Assembly (NCBI GenBank): GCA_965232115.1
Contig: OZ246958.1
Coordinates: forward strand, 52,481 to 116,480
DNA: 64,000 nt
Source of the DNA: Candidatus Poribacteria bacterium
GTDB lineage: Bacteria; Poribacteria; WGA-4E; WGA-3G
Reading direction: 5' to 3'
Below are positions 9,046-18,749 of this stretch, one piece after another. Both the position numbers and the translations under genes were made by a program. Below the pieces are notes generated by a model. It saw only the letters and a program-made list of their open reading frames with translations, was not told where the DNA came from and made no database searches. The first letter of the stretch is position 1. Each line of letters opens with the position of its first letter.

Positions 9046-9711
9046 CTACTGAGGCCATCTTTCTTGTAGCCAGGCATCGTAGTCCGTTTGCGCATGCACA
9101 TTGAGGTATCCCAGCATTCCAGAATGTCCGAATCCACAGAGTTCAGCACATGGAATTTCATAGCGTCCTGCCTTTATCGCCTCAAACCAGACATCAATAA
9201 ACCGACCGGGCAATGCGTCTTGTTTGAGCCTTAATTCCGGCACAAAAAAACTGTGAATGACATCCACAGCGGTTAACCGGATATGCACGACCGCGTTGAC
9301 AGGTACATGCAGCTCATTTTCCAATGTCAGGTCATCATCCGTACCAAATTCGTTATCGGGTCCAGGGTACGTCATATCCCAGTTGAACTGTTTTCCGCTA
9401 ACTTGAACGACAACATCTGGATTCTCAGGAAATTGTGTGGGCGACTTAATATTATTCCACTGTGGGTAACTGAACATTGCAAGCCCAAAGACAATCACAG
9501 TCGTAGCAGCTGTCCAAGTGATTTCAAGCGTTGTGCTGCCTTCGATGTATTCCGCCTTATGACCTTCCCGATGGCGATATTTAATCAGGAAAACAATAAG
9601 GGTTCCAATCACAAGGATTAGTGTAACGAGCGTAATGTAATAAATTGCGTAAAAGAGGTTATCAACGCCTTGCCCGAACGTTGATACGTTATCAGGGAGC
9701 CATCGAAGCAT
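9046..9711 (-). CDS. ctaC: Cytochrome c oxidase subunit II (CuA, no fused cytochrome c)
   Basis: Two TM helices plus a cupredoxin domain. CuA ligands VIHSF ... CAELCGFGHSGM. No CxxCH motif. Confidence 0.9.
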   Translation of the reverse strand: MLRWLPDNVSTFGQGVDNLFYAIYYITLVTLILVIGTLIVFLIKYRHREGHKAEYIEGSTTLEITWTAATTVIVFGLAMFSYPQWNNIKSPTQFPENPDVVVQVSGKQFNWDMTYPGPDNEFGTDDDLTLENELHVPVNAVVHIRLTAVDVIHSFFVPELRLKQDALPGRFIDVWFEAIKAGRYEIPCAELCGFGHSGMLGYLNVHAQTDYDAWLQERWPQ

Positions 9712-9727
9712 TCAGTCCTCCTTTTAA

Positions 9728-9834
9728 TGGCTATCGGCAATCAGGTCGCTGCGCTTTCGGCTTCCAGTAAAGAGGTTTCTGATAAATCGGAGTCCTCTTT
9801 GCTGACGGCTGATAGCCGACGGCTGACTGCTATT
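9728..9834. repeat. Heptad-repeat inverted arms flanking a central hairpin
   Basis: Left arm ggctatc/ggcaatc/aggtcgc. Right arm gctgacg/gctgata/gccgacg/gctgact/gctattt. Central hairpin aaagagg...cctcttt. Confidence 0.75.
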
Positions 9835-10607
9835 TAATTCGTTTGTGTAGACGCGGTAACGGTTGCTCCGACGTACGTCAAAACACAAAACAGACCCGTA
9901 ATCAGCATAGAGAGTGCCCACGGAGGCGACTCGCTCCATGCTTTTACAGTGGTGTCAAGGTAGAGGCTGTGCCGAAAGGCTGCGAGCCCATACGTTAGTG
10001 GATTGAATTTCATTGTCCATGCTAACCAACCGGGGACACCCGTACTCGGAAAAAACGCGCCGGAAAGGAGCCATATCGGAATTAGCAGGAGATTCATAAT
10101 TGCATGGAACCCTTGCGTCGAGTCCATCCGCCACGCGATAAGCAGTCCCAAGTTTGTCAAGCCAAACGCTAAAAGCGTCATCACGCCGAGAGTGATAAAG
10201 AGCGATGCCCCCCCGAATCGAATGCCTATTATGGGTGCGAGTATTAGGAGCAGCACGCCTTGTAAGAGGGCTAACGTTGTCCCCCCTAACGCTTGTGCAA
10301 GGACAATCCGCCACCTCGGGACAGGCGCGACGAGTACACCTTGCAAGAAGCCTTCACGTCGATCATTTACGACAGAAATTGTAGCGAAAATGGACGTAAA
10401 AAGCAAGACTAAAACGACGATACCCGGATAAAAGTATTCGATATAACCGGGTCCACTCACGACCCCAGAAGGTTGAAAAGAAGCACTCAAGCCGCTACCG
10501 ATGAGAATCCAAAACACCAAGGGTTGTGCGATAGCACTGAAGAGCCGACTCCGTTGTCGATAAAACCTGATGATTTCGCGCCACCATATCGTTGCAATCG
10601 GTCTCAT
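9834..10607 (-). CDS. ABC-2 type transporter permease
   Basis: 257 aa with six TM helices. Typical ABC-2 organisation, directly downstream of the ATPase gene. Confidence 0.8.
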   Translation of the reverse strand: MRPIATIWWREIIRFYRQRSRLFSAIAQPLVFWILIGSGLSASFQPSGVVSGPGYIEYFYPGIVVLVLLFTSIFATISVVNDRREGFLQGVLVAPVPRWRIVLAQALGGTTLALLQGVLLLILAPIIGIRFGGASLFITLGVMTLLAFGLTNLGLLIAWRMDSTQGFHAIMNLLLIPIWLLSGAFFPSTGVPGWLAWTMKFNPLTYGLAAFRHSLYLDTTVKAWSESPPWALSMLITGLFCVLTYVGATVTASTQTN

Positions 10608-10700
10608 TAGCAGTCAGCAGTCAGCAGTCAGCGGTCAGCAAAGCGGCATTTAGTGTTGAAGATCCGTCTTTCAACTGATGGCTGATAGCCGATAGCCATT
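10608..10700. repeat. Heptad-repeat inverted arms (cagcagt x3, cagcggt / ...tggctga tagccga tagccat)
   Basis: Read directly. On the coding strand the left arm gives CTGACTG repeats, i.e. TGA every 7 nt, abutting the permease ATG. Confidence 0.8.
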
Positions 10701-10703
10701 CCT

Positions 10704-11621
10704 CTATACGAATGGGTTTCCGGTCAACTTTATGAATACGTCCTCCAATGTCGGTTTTCCGAATCGCACTGTCCGAATCTCATTTGGAAATGCGGCAACG
10801 ACATCTCGAACGAATTCATGTCCTCGTTCACATTCCACACGGAGGTGGTCGCCCGTTAACACCGGTGAAACGCCGAACTTTTGGGCAATTGCGGTGGAGA
10901 GAGTTTCGTTAGATTCACTCTCTATGAGAATAACGTCACCACCGACTTGCGCCTTGAGTTCATCAGGTGCTCCGATAGCGACCAAGCTGCCGTTATTCAA
11001 GATACCGACCCGGTTGCAAGCCTCCGCATCATCCAACAGATGCGTTGTGAGGAGAACGAGGATATCTTCCGTATCTGCAAGCGCGCGGAGATCGTCGTTG
11101 AGCTGCCTACGGACAGTTACATCCAATCCACTGGTCGGCTCGTCAAGGAGCAGTACACGTGGGGAATGGAGCATGGCTTTTGCAATTTCGACCCGCCTTT
11201 GCAAACCGCCAGATAGGACTTCAACGCGGTCTGCTGCCCTGTCGGAGACATTGACCCTTTCAAGGAGTTCAGCAATCCGACAGTTCAGGGTTTTACCCGA
11301 GCGTCCATAGAGATGCCCGTGATGCCGTAAATTCTCAGTGACAGTGAGTTTGACATCTAATCCCGGATGCTGAAAAACAACACCTAAGAGGTGGCGAATT
11401 GCCTTTACTTCGGTGCTTAAATCATATCCGAGAATCCGAACGGTGCCGGATGTTACCGGTATGAGTGTGGAAAGGATCCTAAAAAGGGTTGTTTTCCCAC
11501 TTCCGTTTGGTCCGAGGAGTCCAAAAATTTCGCCAGCAGACACACTAAAACTCACATTATTAAGTGCGCGTCGTGTCTGATAGGTATGCGAAAGATTTTC
11601 GACCTCAAGTCTGTTTTTCAC
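10704..11621 (-). CDS. ABC transporter ATP-binding protein
   Basis: Walker A GPNGSGKTT, signature LSGGLQRR, Walker B LLLDEPT. Confidence 0.9.
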   Translation of the reverse strand: MKNRLEVENLSHTYQTRRALNNVSFSVSAGEIFGLLGPNGSGKTTLFRILSTLIPVTSGTVRILGYDLSTEVKAIRHLLGVVFQHPGLDVKLTVTENLRHHGHLYGRSGKTLNCRIAELLERVNVSDRAADRVEVLSGGLQRRVEIAKAMLHSPRVLLLDEPTSGLDVTVRRQLNDDLRALADTEDILVLLTTHLLDDAEACNRVGILNNGSLVAIGAPDELKAQVGGDVILIESESNETLSTAIAQKFGVSPVLTGDHLRVECERGHEFVRDVVAAFPNEIRTVRFGKPTLEDVFIKLTGNPFV

Positions 11622-11687
11622 TTCTGAAGTTGGCGCGCTTTGTAAGCGCGCCTAAGAATAATTCACAACAGCGTGATGTGTGCAAAT

Positions 11688-12467
11688 TTATTTTAATTTG
11701 AGTGCGAAATCTTGCGTGACAGTGCCACCCGCCTCTACAGTAACAGAAACAGGTGCTGCGCTATTCGTGCCACAAGCCTCATGCCAATAACCGAGTTTAT
11801 AGGTGCCTGCGGGAACATCTTCAAGCGTGAACTCACCCTTTTCGTTCGTCACAGCGAAATACGGATGCGGTACGTAGGCAATCCAAGCGGACATCCAACC
11901 GTGAATGTCGCATTTTACCGAGACAGGACCTTCCGCTTTCTTTACTGCAGCGAGAGGCATTCTCCGACGGTTCTTCGTCTGCTGTTTGTTAACCGGTTTG
12001 TTGATGCTACTGAAGATATGGACGTTGTGATTAACTCTATCGTTGTTGAGCATCGTTAACCGTACACCGAGCGGAACAATCTGGACATGCGGCGTGAATT
12101 TACAACCCTTTTGGTCCATTTCCAGTTTGGTAGCCTTGTCGAAATCTTTACCTTGCGAAATATCCATAAGATAAACGACGGTATTTTTTAGAACGTTGCC
12201 TTCACCGACAACCAGAGATTCATCGTACTTTTCGGTGGCGGCACAGACCTCTTGGTCCTTGGTGATTTCGAGCATTTTCATTTCAGGTACGTCTCCCTCA
12301 AACTTCACGACGCCGCTAATTGTGCCGCCATTGCTGACGCTCGAAGCGGTATAGGCATCTGGAAATACTAACATTTCCACTTCCGCATCGCCATCAGCCG
12401 CAAAAGCAGTACCGACATAACAGCAGACGAGAAGTATCGCGAGACTTGCTAACAGATAGGTTTTCAT
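11688..12467 (-). CDS. Secreted cupredoxin-like (type-1 copper) protein with a carboxypeptidase-regulatory-like C-terminal domain
   Basis: Signal peptide. Putative ligands HNVH ... CDIHGWM (C-x2-H-x2-M, amicyanin-like spacing). C-terminal FTLEDVPAGTYKL motif. Paralogue of 18860-19609. Confidence 0.6.
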   Translation of the reverse strand: MKTYLLASLAILLVCCYVGTAFAADGDAEVEMLVFPDAYTASSVSNGGTISGVVKFEGDVPEMKMLEITKDQEVCAATEKYDESLVVGEGNVLKNTVVYLMDISQGKDFDKATKLEMDQKGCKFTPHVQIVPLGVRLTMLNNDRVNHNVHIFSSINKPVNKQQTKNRRRMPLAAVKKAEGPVSVKCDIHGWMSAWIAYVPHPYFAVTNEKGEFTLEDVPAGTYKLGYWHEACGTNSAAPVSVTVEAGGTVTQDFALKLK

Positions 12468-12483
12468 TTTTTCTCCTTTATTT

Positions 12484-12565
12484 GTAGTTATCAGTTGTCA
12501 GTTACCAGTTGTTAGGTAAAGTCCTTTTCGTCTTGAACACTGATAACTGAGAATTGACTATTTGT
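12484..12565. repeat. Heptad-repeat inverted arms
   Basis: Left arm gtagtta/tcagttg/tcagtta/ccagttg. The complementary ctgataactgag arm starts at 12539. Confidence 0.7.
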
Positions 12566-12578
12566 TATCTATTTTCAC

Positions 12579-14363
12579 TTACGAATTTCGCCGCTGCACG
12601 GCTGCGCGTAAACCAAGAAGCAATCCGAAAGAAAGAATTGCGATCAAAGGCGGATAAACGAATCGCCTTGAAGAGGGGACGGGTTCAAGAACGAAAGTAT
12701 ACCAACTCGTTATCGTCCGCTTTGTGTCAACGTCACCGTTTGAACCATCCCAAGCAGAAAAGGCGATCGGGACAAAAACACCGGGATCAAGTTGTAAGTC
12801 TTTCTTGTCTTCGGTCTTCAAAGCACGTTTCACCCACAATTTATATTGACCGTCCGTGTAAGCACTTTTCACCTGCAGGTCGGCTTGGACTTCCTGGACC
12901 TCAGTGCTGCTGATCCCCTTAGCTGTCAGCTCCGTTACCTGCTCAGGTGCGGAGGCTTTCCAGTGCCAGAGATAGACAGGGAGTCTACCGCCCCCTAAGA
13001 AATAGGGTTTCGGTGCGGTCGGTCCTTGTGGCACTTTAACAGGAAATTGGATTGCCAGCGCGTCTTCAAGGGTCTCACCTGTTTCCTCGTCTATTTCGTC
13101 AGTCGTATATGTTCGGTCGTCCCATATAAAGAGGAAGGCAACCTCTGTATCGTTATAAAACGATTTGACGTTTATGGCATCAATTGTCGGGTTAAACTGC
13201 CGAGGTTCAACGATGATTTGCCCAACGAGTGGAAAATAGCTGGCTTCGGACGTTTCCCAAACGGTATCATCAATTGTAGGCAATTCACCTTGAACATATT
13301 GCGAGCGGAGTACGTTATTGCCAATCGCGGGTGCCGGACGTTCTTCAGGCATAAGCGACTTCACATAGTTCGCCAGATGCCAACTCTTTTCATAAACGAC
13401 CTTCATTGCGTTGTCATACATCTGCTGTTCCGCTGCGGTCAATTCTGTGCCCTCGGCTCGCGTAAGAGCGACGTTGACAGCCTCATCCATCTTTTCATAA
13501 AGCTGTCCGGATTCCTCTTCCTCCGCCTCAGTCATCTCATCTTTGTTCTCTAATTCAATGAGGCGGTCAGACTCACCCGCCGTTAGCCCGAAATTCAGGA
13601 AACTATCGCCTTCAAAGGCAGGCATCGGTGAACCGGCAATCCCGCCGATGAATCGCTTGAAGATGTCTTCGGCATCAGAACCACCCCGATAAGTCCAACC
13701 TTGCGTAAGATTTGCGGGCCAGGTTTGGAAATTCCAGGCATCCGTCAGTGTAGGCGCAGATGTGCCATCCCCACGTCCTATGTTACCGTGGCATTCCACA
13801 CAACCGAGTTCTGTGTAAAGCCCTTTTCCAATCTCGACGCTCTCCTCAGAATACGGGATTTTCCCTTCCAAGCTAATTTCCCGCGGCGGCGCCTCACGTT
13901 CTTTAAATCCATCGTGAAATGTTTTAATATAAGCGACGACTTCCCAGCGATCATTAGCACTCAGGGCAGTTTCCCATCCGGGCATTGACGAACCCGGCAT
14001 CCCTTCGGTAATAATATCGAAGAGATCTTGGTCAGTCGGAAGTTCCCCGCTTTCTGTAGAACGGATCTTATACAAGCCGCGCGTAAAATCTCTGGGTTGC
14101 GGGAGCAAATTTTCAGCAGCGGCACCGTCGCCTCGACCTTCCGTGCCGTGGCAGTGTGCGCAGCTTTGCTCATAGACTTCTTTTCCTTTCTCGGAAGCCT
14201 CCGGCGCGTTCTGCGCGTCCGCCACCGTAAGCATGGAGAACACCCCTAAAATCAGGAACAACACAACCGCAGCAAACCGACAACGGAGGTTTGTGGATCT
14301 GAAGTAAAGAACGTTGTCTAACCAACCGTGTAATTTAACGCTTTGCGTCAGACAAAAGGTCAT
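12579..14363 (-). CDS. Dihaem cytochrome c fused to an EB_dh-like (type II DMSO-reductase haem-b subunit-like) domain with a C-terminal TM anchor
   Basis: CAHCH and CVECH motifs. C-terminal region AIQFPVKVPQG...YLWHWKA resembles the ethylbenzene-dehydrogenase gamma/NxrC-type fold. Hydrophobic tail. Confidence 0.65.
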   Translation of the reverse strand: MTFCLTQSVKLHGWLDNVLYFRSTNLRCRFAAVVLFLILGVFSMLTVADAQNAPEASEKGKEVYEQSCAHCHGTEGRGDGAAAENLLPQPRDFTRGLYKIRSTESGELPTDQDLFDIITEGMPGSSMPGWETALSANDRWEVVAYIKTFHDGFKEREAPPREISLEGKIPYSEESVEIGKGLYTELGCVECHGNIGRGDGTSAPTLTDAWNFQTWPANLTQGWTYRGGSDAEDIFKRFIGGIAGSPMPAFEGDSFLNFGLTAGESDRLIELENKDEMTEAEEEESGQLYEKMDEAVNVALTRAEGTELTAAEQQMYDNAMKVVYEKSWHLANYVKSLMPEERPAPAIGNNVLRSQYVQGELPTIDDTVWETSEASYFPLVGQIIVEPRQFNPTIDAINVKSFYNDTEVAFLFIWDDRTYTTDEIDEETGETLEDALAIQFPVKVPQGPTAPKPYFLGGGRLPVYLWHWKASAPEQVTELTAKGISSTEVQEVQADLQVKSAYTDGQYKLWVKRALKTEDKKDLQLDPGVFVPIAFSAWDGSNGDVDTKRTITSWYTFVLEPVPSSRRFVYPPLIAILSFGLLLGLRAAVQRRNS

Positions 14364-14365
14364 TT

Positions 14366-15142
14366 TTAGTGTGCCTCCCCAAAGGTACGGAATTGATAAC
14401 CGGTGTAGTCAGACAGAAAGAGGATAACATCCCAAATTTCCTCTTTCGTCAAGTGGTCTTCCCAAATAGGCATTGCGGAATCCCAAGGCGTGCCAGCTGC
14501 GGGTAACCCCGGTCCGCCTTTGGCAATTCGCCAAAAGAAGAAAGACTCTTGGAAGTTTGGAATAATCCCCGGGTCTTGGAAATTAGCGGGTAGCGGCTGG
14601 AGATACGAGGCAAAATGCCCTTGTCCATCGAGATGATCTCCGTGGCAGGGGAAACAATTCTGATGATAGACGCGCCTTCCGTTCTCAACATGTGCCTTGA
14701 ACGCCTCCGGATCATCCTTTTCATAGTGCCGGAAGGGGTTCACGACATCTTGCATCGTGCCAATGACTTCATCTTTGTACGTTAATTCAAGGGGCGGCGA
14801 TGGATGTGCGTCCCGCGGGCTTCCAGGCGGATTCGCGCGCTGGGCGATAATCGAGTAGGTATAGCCGAGCAGGAACAGCGGGATTAACACAGCGATAACG
14901 CGTCGGCGGAGCCGCCGTCTGTCATCGACAAGGGTTTCATGGATTGGCCGCAAGAACTCCCGAAAGAGCGAATCTTCAACGGAGATATGCACCAAGATCG
15001 CGATGATAACCAACCCCATATACATCGCAACCACGCTACCTGGTATCGGTACGGATATGAGACCCCCAACGACAAATTCCAGAAAGACCCAAGAAGCGAC
15101 CAGAATTATGAGACATATTGTAAAGAGCGACAATCTTTTCAT
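14366..15142 (-). CDS. Membrane-anchored monohaem cytochrome c
   Basis: Three N-terminal TM helices and a single CFPCH motif. Confidence 0.7.
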   Translation of the reverse strand: MKRLSLFTICLIILVASWVFLEFVVGGLISVPIPGSVVAMYMGLVIIAILVHISVEDSLFREFLRPIHETLVDDRRRLRRRVIAVLIPLFLLGYTYSIIAQRANPPGSPRDAHPSPPLELTYKDEVIGTMQDVVNPFRHYEKDDPEAFKAHVENGRRVYHQNCFPCHGDHLDGQGHFASYLQPLPANFQDPGIIPNFQESFFFWRIAKGGPGLPAAGTPWDSAMPIWEDHLTKEEIWDVILFLSDYTGYQFRTFGEAH

Positions 15143-15181
15143 TTTTTTAATTTTTAACTATTTGTTTAGTGTAAAAATAAA

Positions 15182-16690
15182 TTATTCGGCGGAAGCGTCA
15201 TCTGTCTCCGCTGGTGCTTCTTCCGCTGTGGCACCAGTGAGTGTGCTTAAGAAAGAGAGCAAATTGGTCATATCCGACACAGATAGCAAGAGCGGGAAGT
15301 TCTCAGGCATCGGTGAAGTAATCAGTAATTTTTTCCCAGAGGCGCGGGTAAAGGTAACTTCCTCAAGATCAAACGTATCAAATATCTCTTCACTTCCATC
15401 AACGATTAGGACGATTTCGTCGTCGTCCATTGTGCCAGAAACGTGCTCGCCAACAATTTCGTCACCATCAAAAGTGACAACGGTCATCATGCTTTTGACA
15501 TCTGCTTTAGAGAACGTCTTATCTTCGCCGTTTACTTTAAGAGTCACCGTCTCGTCAGTTTCAGAAACAATTGCCCCCGTTACCGGTGCATCTGCATCCG
15601 CGGGTGTTAGCGTCAAGGTCAAATACCCTTTCGCTTGTAGATTGCTGAGTTCTTCAATTGGCTCCTCATCAAGATCGCTCAGCAAAATCGTGTGTTCTTC
15701 CTCCACGCCATCGGCAGTTTTCGTTCGGACAACGATCTGCTCCGTATCTTGCGAGACGAGCGTACCTTGGTAGGTTATTCCGTTGGCGCGGACGGTGACC
15801 GCACCGTAACCACTCACAATTTGTGCGGCCGGCAGTAAGACTGATTCCTCAAGATACCGCATATCGTTAAAAGCAGCAATTTCGGAGAGGTCCGGGGCAG
15901 TGACAACTTCAAAGTCGGTCGTTGTTTCACCGGCTGCCGGACTTTCTATACCTTGAACCGCATGACACGAGATACATGCTGCACTCACAAAAACTTTTTT
16001 GCCGAGTTCGGGGTCGCCTGTAAGCAATGGCGGAAGTGCGGCGGCGGCTACTGCGGTGTCTGCCCTATCTATAGGCTCCTCAAATGGCGTCGGATCAATT
16101 TCGCCACCTTGACTCTGAAGGTAGGCAATAACGGCTTCAATCTCTAATTTAGAGAGCGCAATCGGTGCTTTCCAAACCGGCGGCATAATCTTGCCGTATC
16201 CGGTGACGAGATATTTTTCGGGTTCATAAAGCGACTCGATGAGATAGTCTTTTGCTGCCATGCCGGGGACGCGGTTTGCTGCGGTAATACCGATGTCCGT
16301 GAGATCCGGACATCTCCCAGGTGGTGCGGAGGGATCAACGGTATGACAGGCACTACATTGTCCCTTGCCATTAAAAACTAAGGCACCCTGTTCAGCAACT
16401 GCATCTGGATCGCTCCAATCCAATTCGGTCAGGCTGACTGCTGTGGAACTCTCTGGAACAAGACTTGCGACGAAAGCGTAAAACCATATCACAGCAAGCG
16501 AGAACGTCAACAATTTCATGACGTTGGACCACAAGACGATGTTTAGCACCACCGAGATGAGGAACCACGCTGACCAAGGGAGTAAATTCTCCGAGGCAAT
16601 TGGAAACGCAGATGCTCCAGCAATATAGGCGATGAAACTCACCACCATTAGGATTAGACTCGCGATTTTTATGAGCGTGTTCTTTGACAT
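15182..16690 (-). CDS. Membrane-anchored dihaem cytochrome c with an acidic C-terminal extension
   Basis: CSACH and CISCH motifs and three TM helices. Start moved to MSKNTLIK (ATG 16690) because the first 11 codons (MERCPEA...) are the translated repeat element. Confidence 0.7.
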   Translation of the reverse strand: MSKNTLIKIASLILMVVSFIAYIAGASAFPIASENLLPWSAWFLISVVLNIVLWSNVMKLLTFSLAVIWFYAFVASLVPESSTAVSLTELDWSDPDAVAEQGALVFNGKGQCSACHTVDPSAPPGRCPDLTDIGITAANRVPGMAAKDYLIESLYEPEKYLVTGYGKIMPPVWKAPIALSKLEIEAVIAYLQSQGGEIDPTPFEEPIDRADTAVAAAALPPLLTGDPELGKKVFVSAACISCHAVQGIESPAAGETTTDFEVVTAPDLSEIAAFNDMRYLEESVLLPAAQIVSGYGAVTVRANGITYQGTLVSQDTEQIVVRTKTADGVEEEHTILLSDLDEEPIEELSNLQAKGYLTLTLTPADADAPVTGAIVSETDETVTLKVNGEDKTFSKADVKSMMTVVTFDGDEIVGEHVSGTMDDDEIVLIVDGSEEIFDTFDLEEVTFTRASGKKLLITSPMPENFPLLLSVSDMTNLLSFLSTLTGATAEEAPAETDDASAE

Positions 16691-16775
16691 TCTTTTAACT
16701 ATTGCCTCTGGGCACCGTTCCACTTCGTTTCACGGTGGTCTCTGGTTAATTCCAACCGTTTCCGGATTATGAAAG
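16691..16775 (-). repeat. Conserved pre-start element, copy B
   Basis: Core CACCGTGAAACGAAGTGGAACGGTG (16737-16713 on the coding strand). The flank GGTTGGAATTAACCAGAGAC is shared with copy C. Confidence 0.75.
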
Positions 16776-16792
16776 GTTGCGAACTATTCTAA

Positions 16793-16846
16793 ATTCTTTT
16801 AACTATTACCTCTGTAGCACTGTTCCGCTTCGTTGTTTTACGCTAA
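16793..16846 (-). repeat. Degenerate tandem second copy of the proximal part of element B
   Basis: attcttttaactattacctctgtagcactgttccgcttcgtt aligns with 16689-16730 (attcttttaactattgcctctgggcaccgttccacttcgtt). It overlaps the stop codon of the bd-like gene. Confidence 0.65.
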
Positions 16847-18744
16847 TCATCACCTTCAGCAGCAACAGCTGCGTCAGTGATAGCCGCCTTTTCTTCCTTC
16901 TTCTTTTCGCCCCACAAACCGAGCCAGAAGATAAATCCAACGAGCGCGAAGAAAGCGACCATGATAATCGCTACGATATTCACCGCTTCACTGAGGAGCG
17001 GCGTAAACGCGTCAGCGGATGTATCTTGCATAACTCCAAAGATATGCCACGCTTCTCGCAGACCAGATCGGGCATAACCCATAAGTCCCATAAGCGATGT
17101 AAATGTAATTGCGAGGAGGATCAAGACGTATTGTGAACGATCTGTCATCTCGCCCCACTGAATGGTGCCGGATGTGGTTGCTTTGCGGTACATGAAGATG
17201 TCAACGACAGTAACAACCGCCATAACGGCAAGGGCAACCAGAACCTGATAGGGTGTTAGTACATTGACGCGCAAGTCCGTTGGCACGGTAAATCCGACGA
17301 TACCGATAACGACAATTGAGACAGTCGCGAGGAAGAAGATCGAAGAGATAGCGATATTTCCCACTTTTCCCCAACTCGCTGTTGGTGTCTTTCCGGAACG
17401 GCGATAAAACAGGAAACTCAAGAAGGTCGTGAGAATAATGATATTAACAGCCGTATTTTTGGCAGTCATCAACCCAAAGAGTCCGAGGTGTGGATGATTC
17501 GCCCCGCCCATTGCGCTTAGTTCACTGGCAGTTGAGATTTTAGAGAGCGTGCGGGGGGTCATCCAGATTGCGACACAGATGACAATAATCGTAATCATAT
17601 ACGGACGATAACGCGCATAGATTTCCGCACCATCAATCCGCCCCATGCCTGACCAGAGATAGTAATTCGCGCCAATGAAAAGCACACCAATCATGACTGC
17701 CTGAAGGATAAAGAGCCACGAAAATAGGCTTCCCATCATGTTAATGCCCATCGTGTTATTGAACATGTAGATTTCTCGACCAAGCCAATAGCCGAGGAAA
17801 GGCAGCGGTATGAGTCCACAAAGTGCGATAAAGTTGCCGGTATATCCCATCCAATCGTAATGCGCTTTGTCCTCTTTGGTCTTCGCGACGAGGAATCGGA
17901 ACGCCGCATAGGCAGCGACAATAGAACCTCCGAAGGCTATGTTCCCAACGAGTCGATGGATGTTGATGGGCATCCACGTAAAGTTGTTGACGGCATCCCA
18001 AACGGTTCCCATGAACTCCCCTGTTGTCTCGTTATGGAGCGGGACCATTGTATGGCTTGTAACCCCCTCCATGGCACTTTCAGGTGTTAGTGCTGGGTCA
18101 GCAGCCAACCGCTCTTCTATCCAAGACTTCCGTCGTCCTTCAGAGAGTACGCCGTATTGGGTTGCCGGGCTGGTTTGGTAACTCAGCCATGCGTTAGAGA
18201 CAAACATAATCGCAGTACCGAAAACATTGAGAAGTACACCGAGGAAAAGATGCCACCCTTTATGCCGTCCCTGCATCTTATCCCATCCGTAGGAGTAGAG
18301 GTAAAGCGTAAAAGTTTCGCCGAAGAACAGAACGACATAAAAGATCATCGTTGGTCCAAATATACCACTGAGTTTCGACATCACCTTCGGATAACACCAT
18401 ATCAGTATGAAGACGAGGACACCACCGAGTAAGGCAGTTGTCGAGAATGCGCCCATACAGAGTTTAATAAACTCTTGTGCCATCCGGTCGTATCGCATGT
18501 CCTTCGTCTTCCAGCCGATAAATTCAATGATAACGGCAAACATTGGGACACCGAGAATAAAGGATCCGAATAAGAGGTGGAGCTGCGCAGCGATCCATGC
18601 TGCAGTCCGGCTGCCGATCTTCGGGAAGGGGCGATATTCTGCCTCGGTTGCGTCTTGGGCAAACACGGGTGCAATCGCCAAGAAGACATAAACAACCAAG
18701 ACACAACCAAGTATGAGATAGAGGTTCTTTTTAGATACTTTCAT
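16843..18744 (-). CDS. Cytochrome bd-like (CydA-related) polytopic membrane protein
   Basis: 633 aa with about 14 TM helices. The N-terminal region (AAWIAAQLHLLFGSFILGVPMFAVIIEFIGW) resembles cytochrome bd subunit I. No cydB partner is present. Embedded among c-type cytochromes. Confidence 0.65.
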   Translation of the reverse strand: MKVSKKNLYLILGCVLVVYVFLAIAPVFAQDATEAEYRPFPKIGSRTAAWIAAQLHLLFGSFILGVPMFAVIIEFIGWKTKDMRYDRMAQEFIKLCMGAFSTTALLGGVLVFILIWCYPKVMSKLSGIFGPTMIFYVVLFFGETFTLYLYSYGWDKMQGRHKGWHLFLGVLLNVFGTAIMFVSNAWLSYQTSPATQYGVLSEGRRKSWIEERLAADPALTPESAMEGVTSHTMVPLHNETTGEFMGTVWDAVNNFTWMPINIHRLVGNIAFGGSIVAAYAAFRFLVAKTKEDKAHYDWMGYTGNFIALCGLIPLPFLGYWLGREIYMFNNTMGINMMGSLFSWLFILQAVMIGVLFIGANYYLWSGMGRIDGAEIYARYRPYMITIIVICVAIWMTPRTLSKISTASELSAMGGANHPHLGLFGLMTAKNTAVNIIILTTFLSFLFYRRSGKTPTASWGKVGNIAISSIFFLATVSIVVIGIVGFTVPTDLRVNVLTPYQVLVALAVMAVVTVVDIFMYRKATTSGTIQWGEMTDRSQYVLILLAITFTSLMGLMGYARSGLREAWHIFGVMQDTSADAFTPLLSEAVNIVAIIMVAFFALVGFIFWLGLWGEKKKEEKAAITDAAVAAEGDD

Positions 18745-18749
18745 TTTTT

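Noticed and set aside
9046-9711. caa3-type oxidase (cytochrome c fused to subunit II)
   Set aside because: CoxII contains the CuA motif but no CxxCH, so the oxidase is called aa3-type with separate cytochromes c.
15003-15773. 256-aa plus-strand ORF rich in Ser (…SSSIGSSSRSLSK…), and many other 60-190-aa ORFs antisense to long genes (for example 196-654, 10732-11310, 13026-13553, 20194-20703, 30690-31843)
   Set aside because: They lie entirely within, and antisense to or out of frame with, long ORFs that have clear family signatures. They show low-complexity composition and no RBS, so they are treated as shadow ORFs.
16691-16723. N-terminal extensions MERCPEA... (15182-16723 ORF) and MERCPGA... 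(52355-53368 ORF), which looked like a conserved N-terminal peptide
   Set aside because: The identity is at the DNA level and is part of the ~55-nt repeated element. Both proteins have a better start (MSKNTL / MKSKSS) directly followed by a signal or TM segment.
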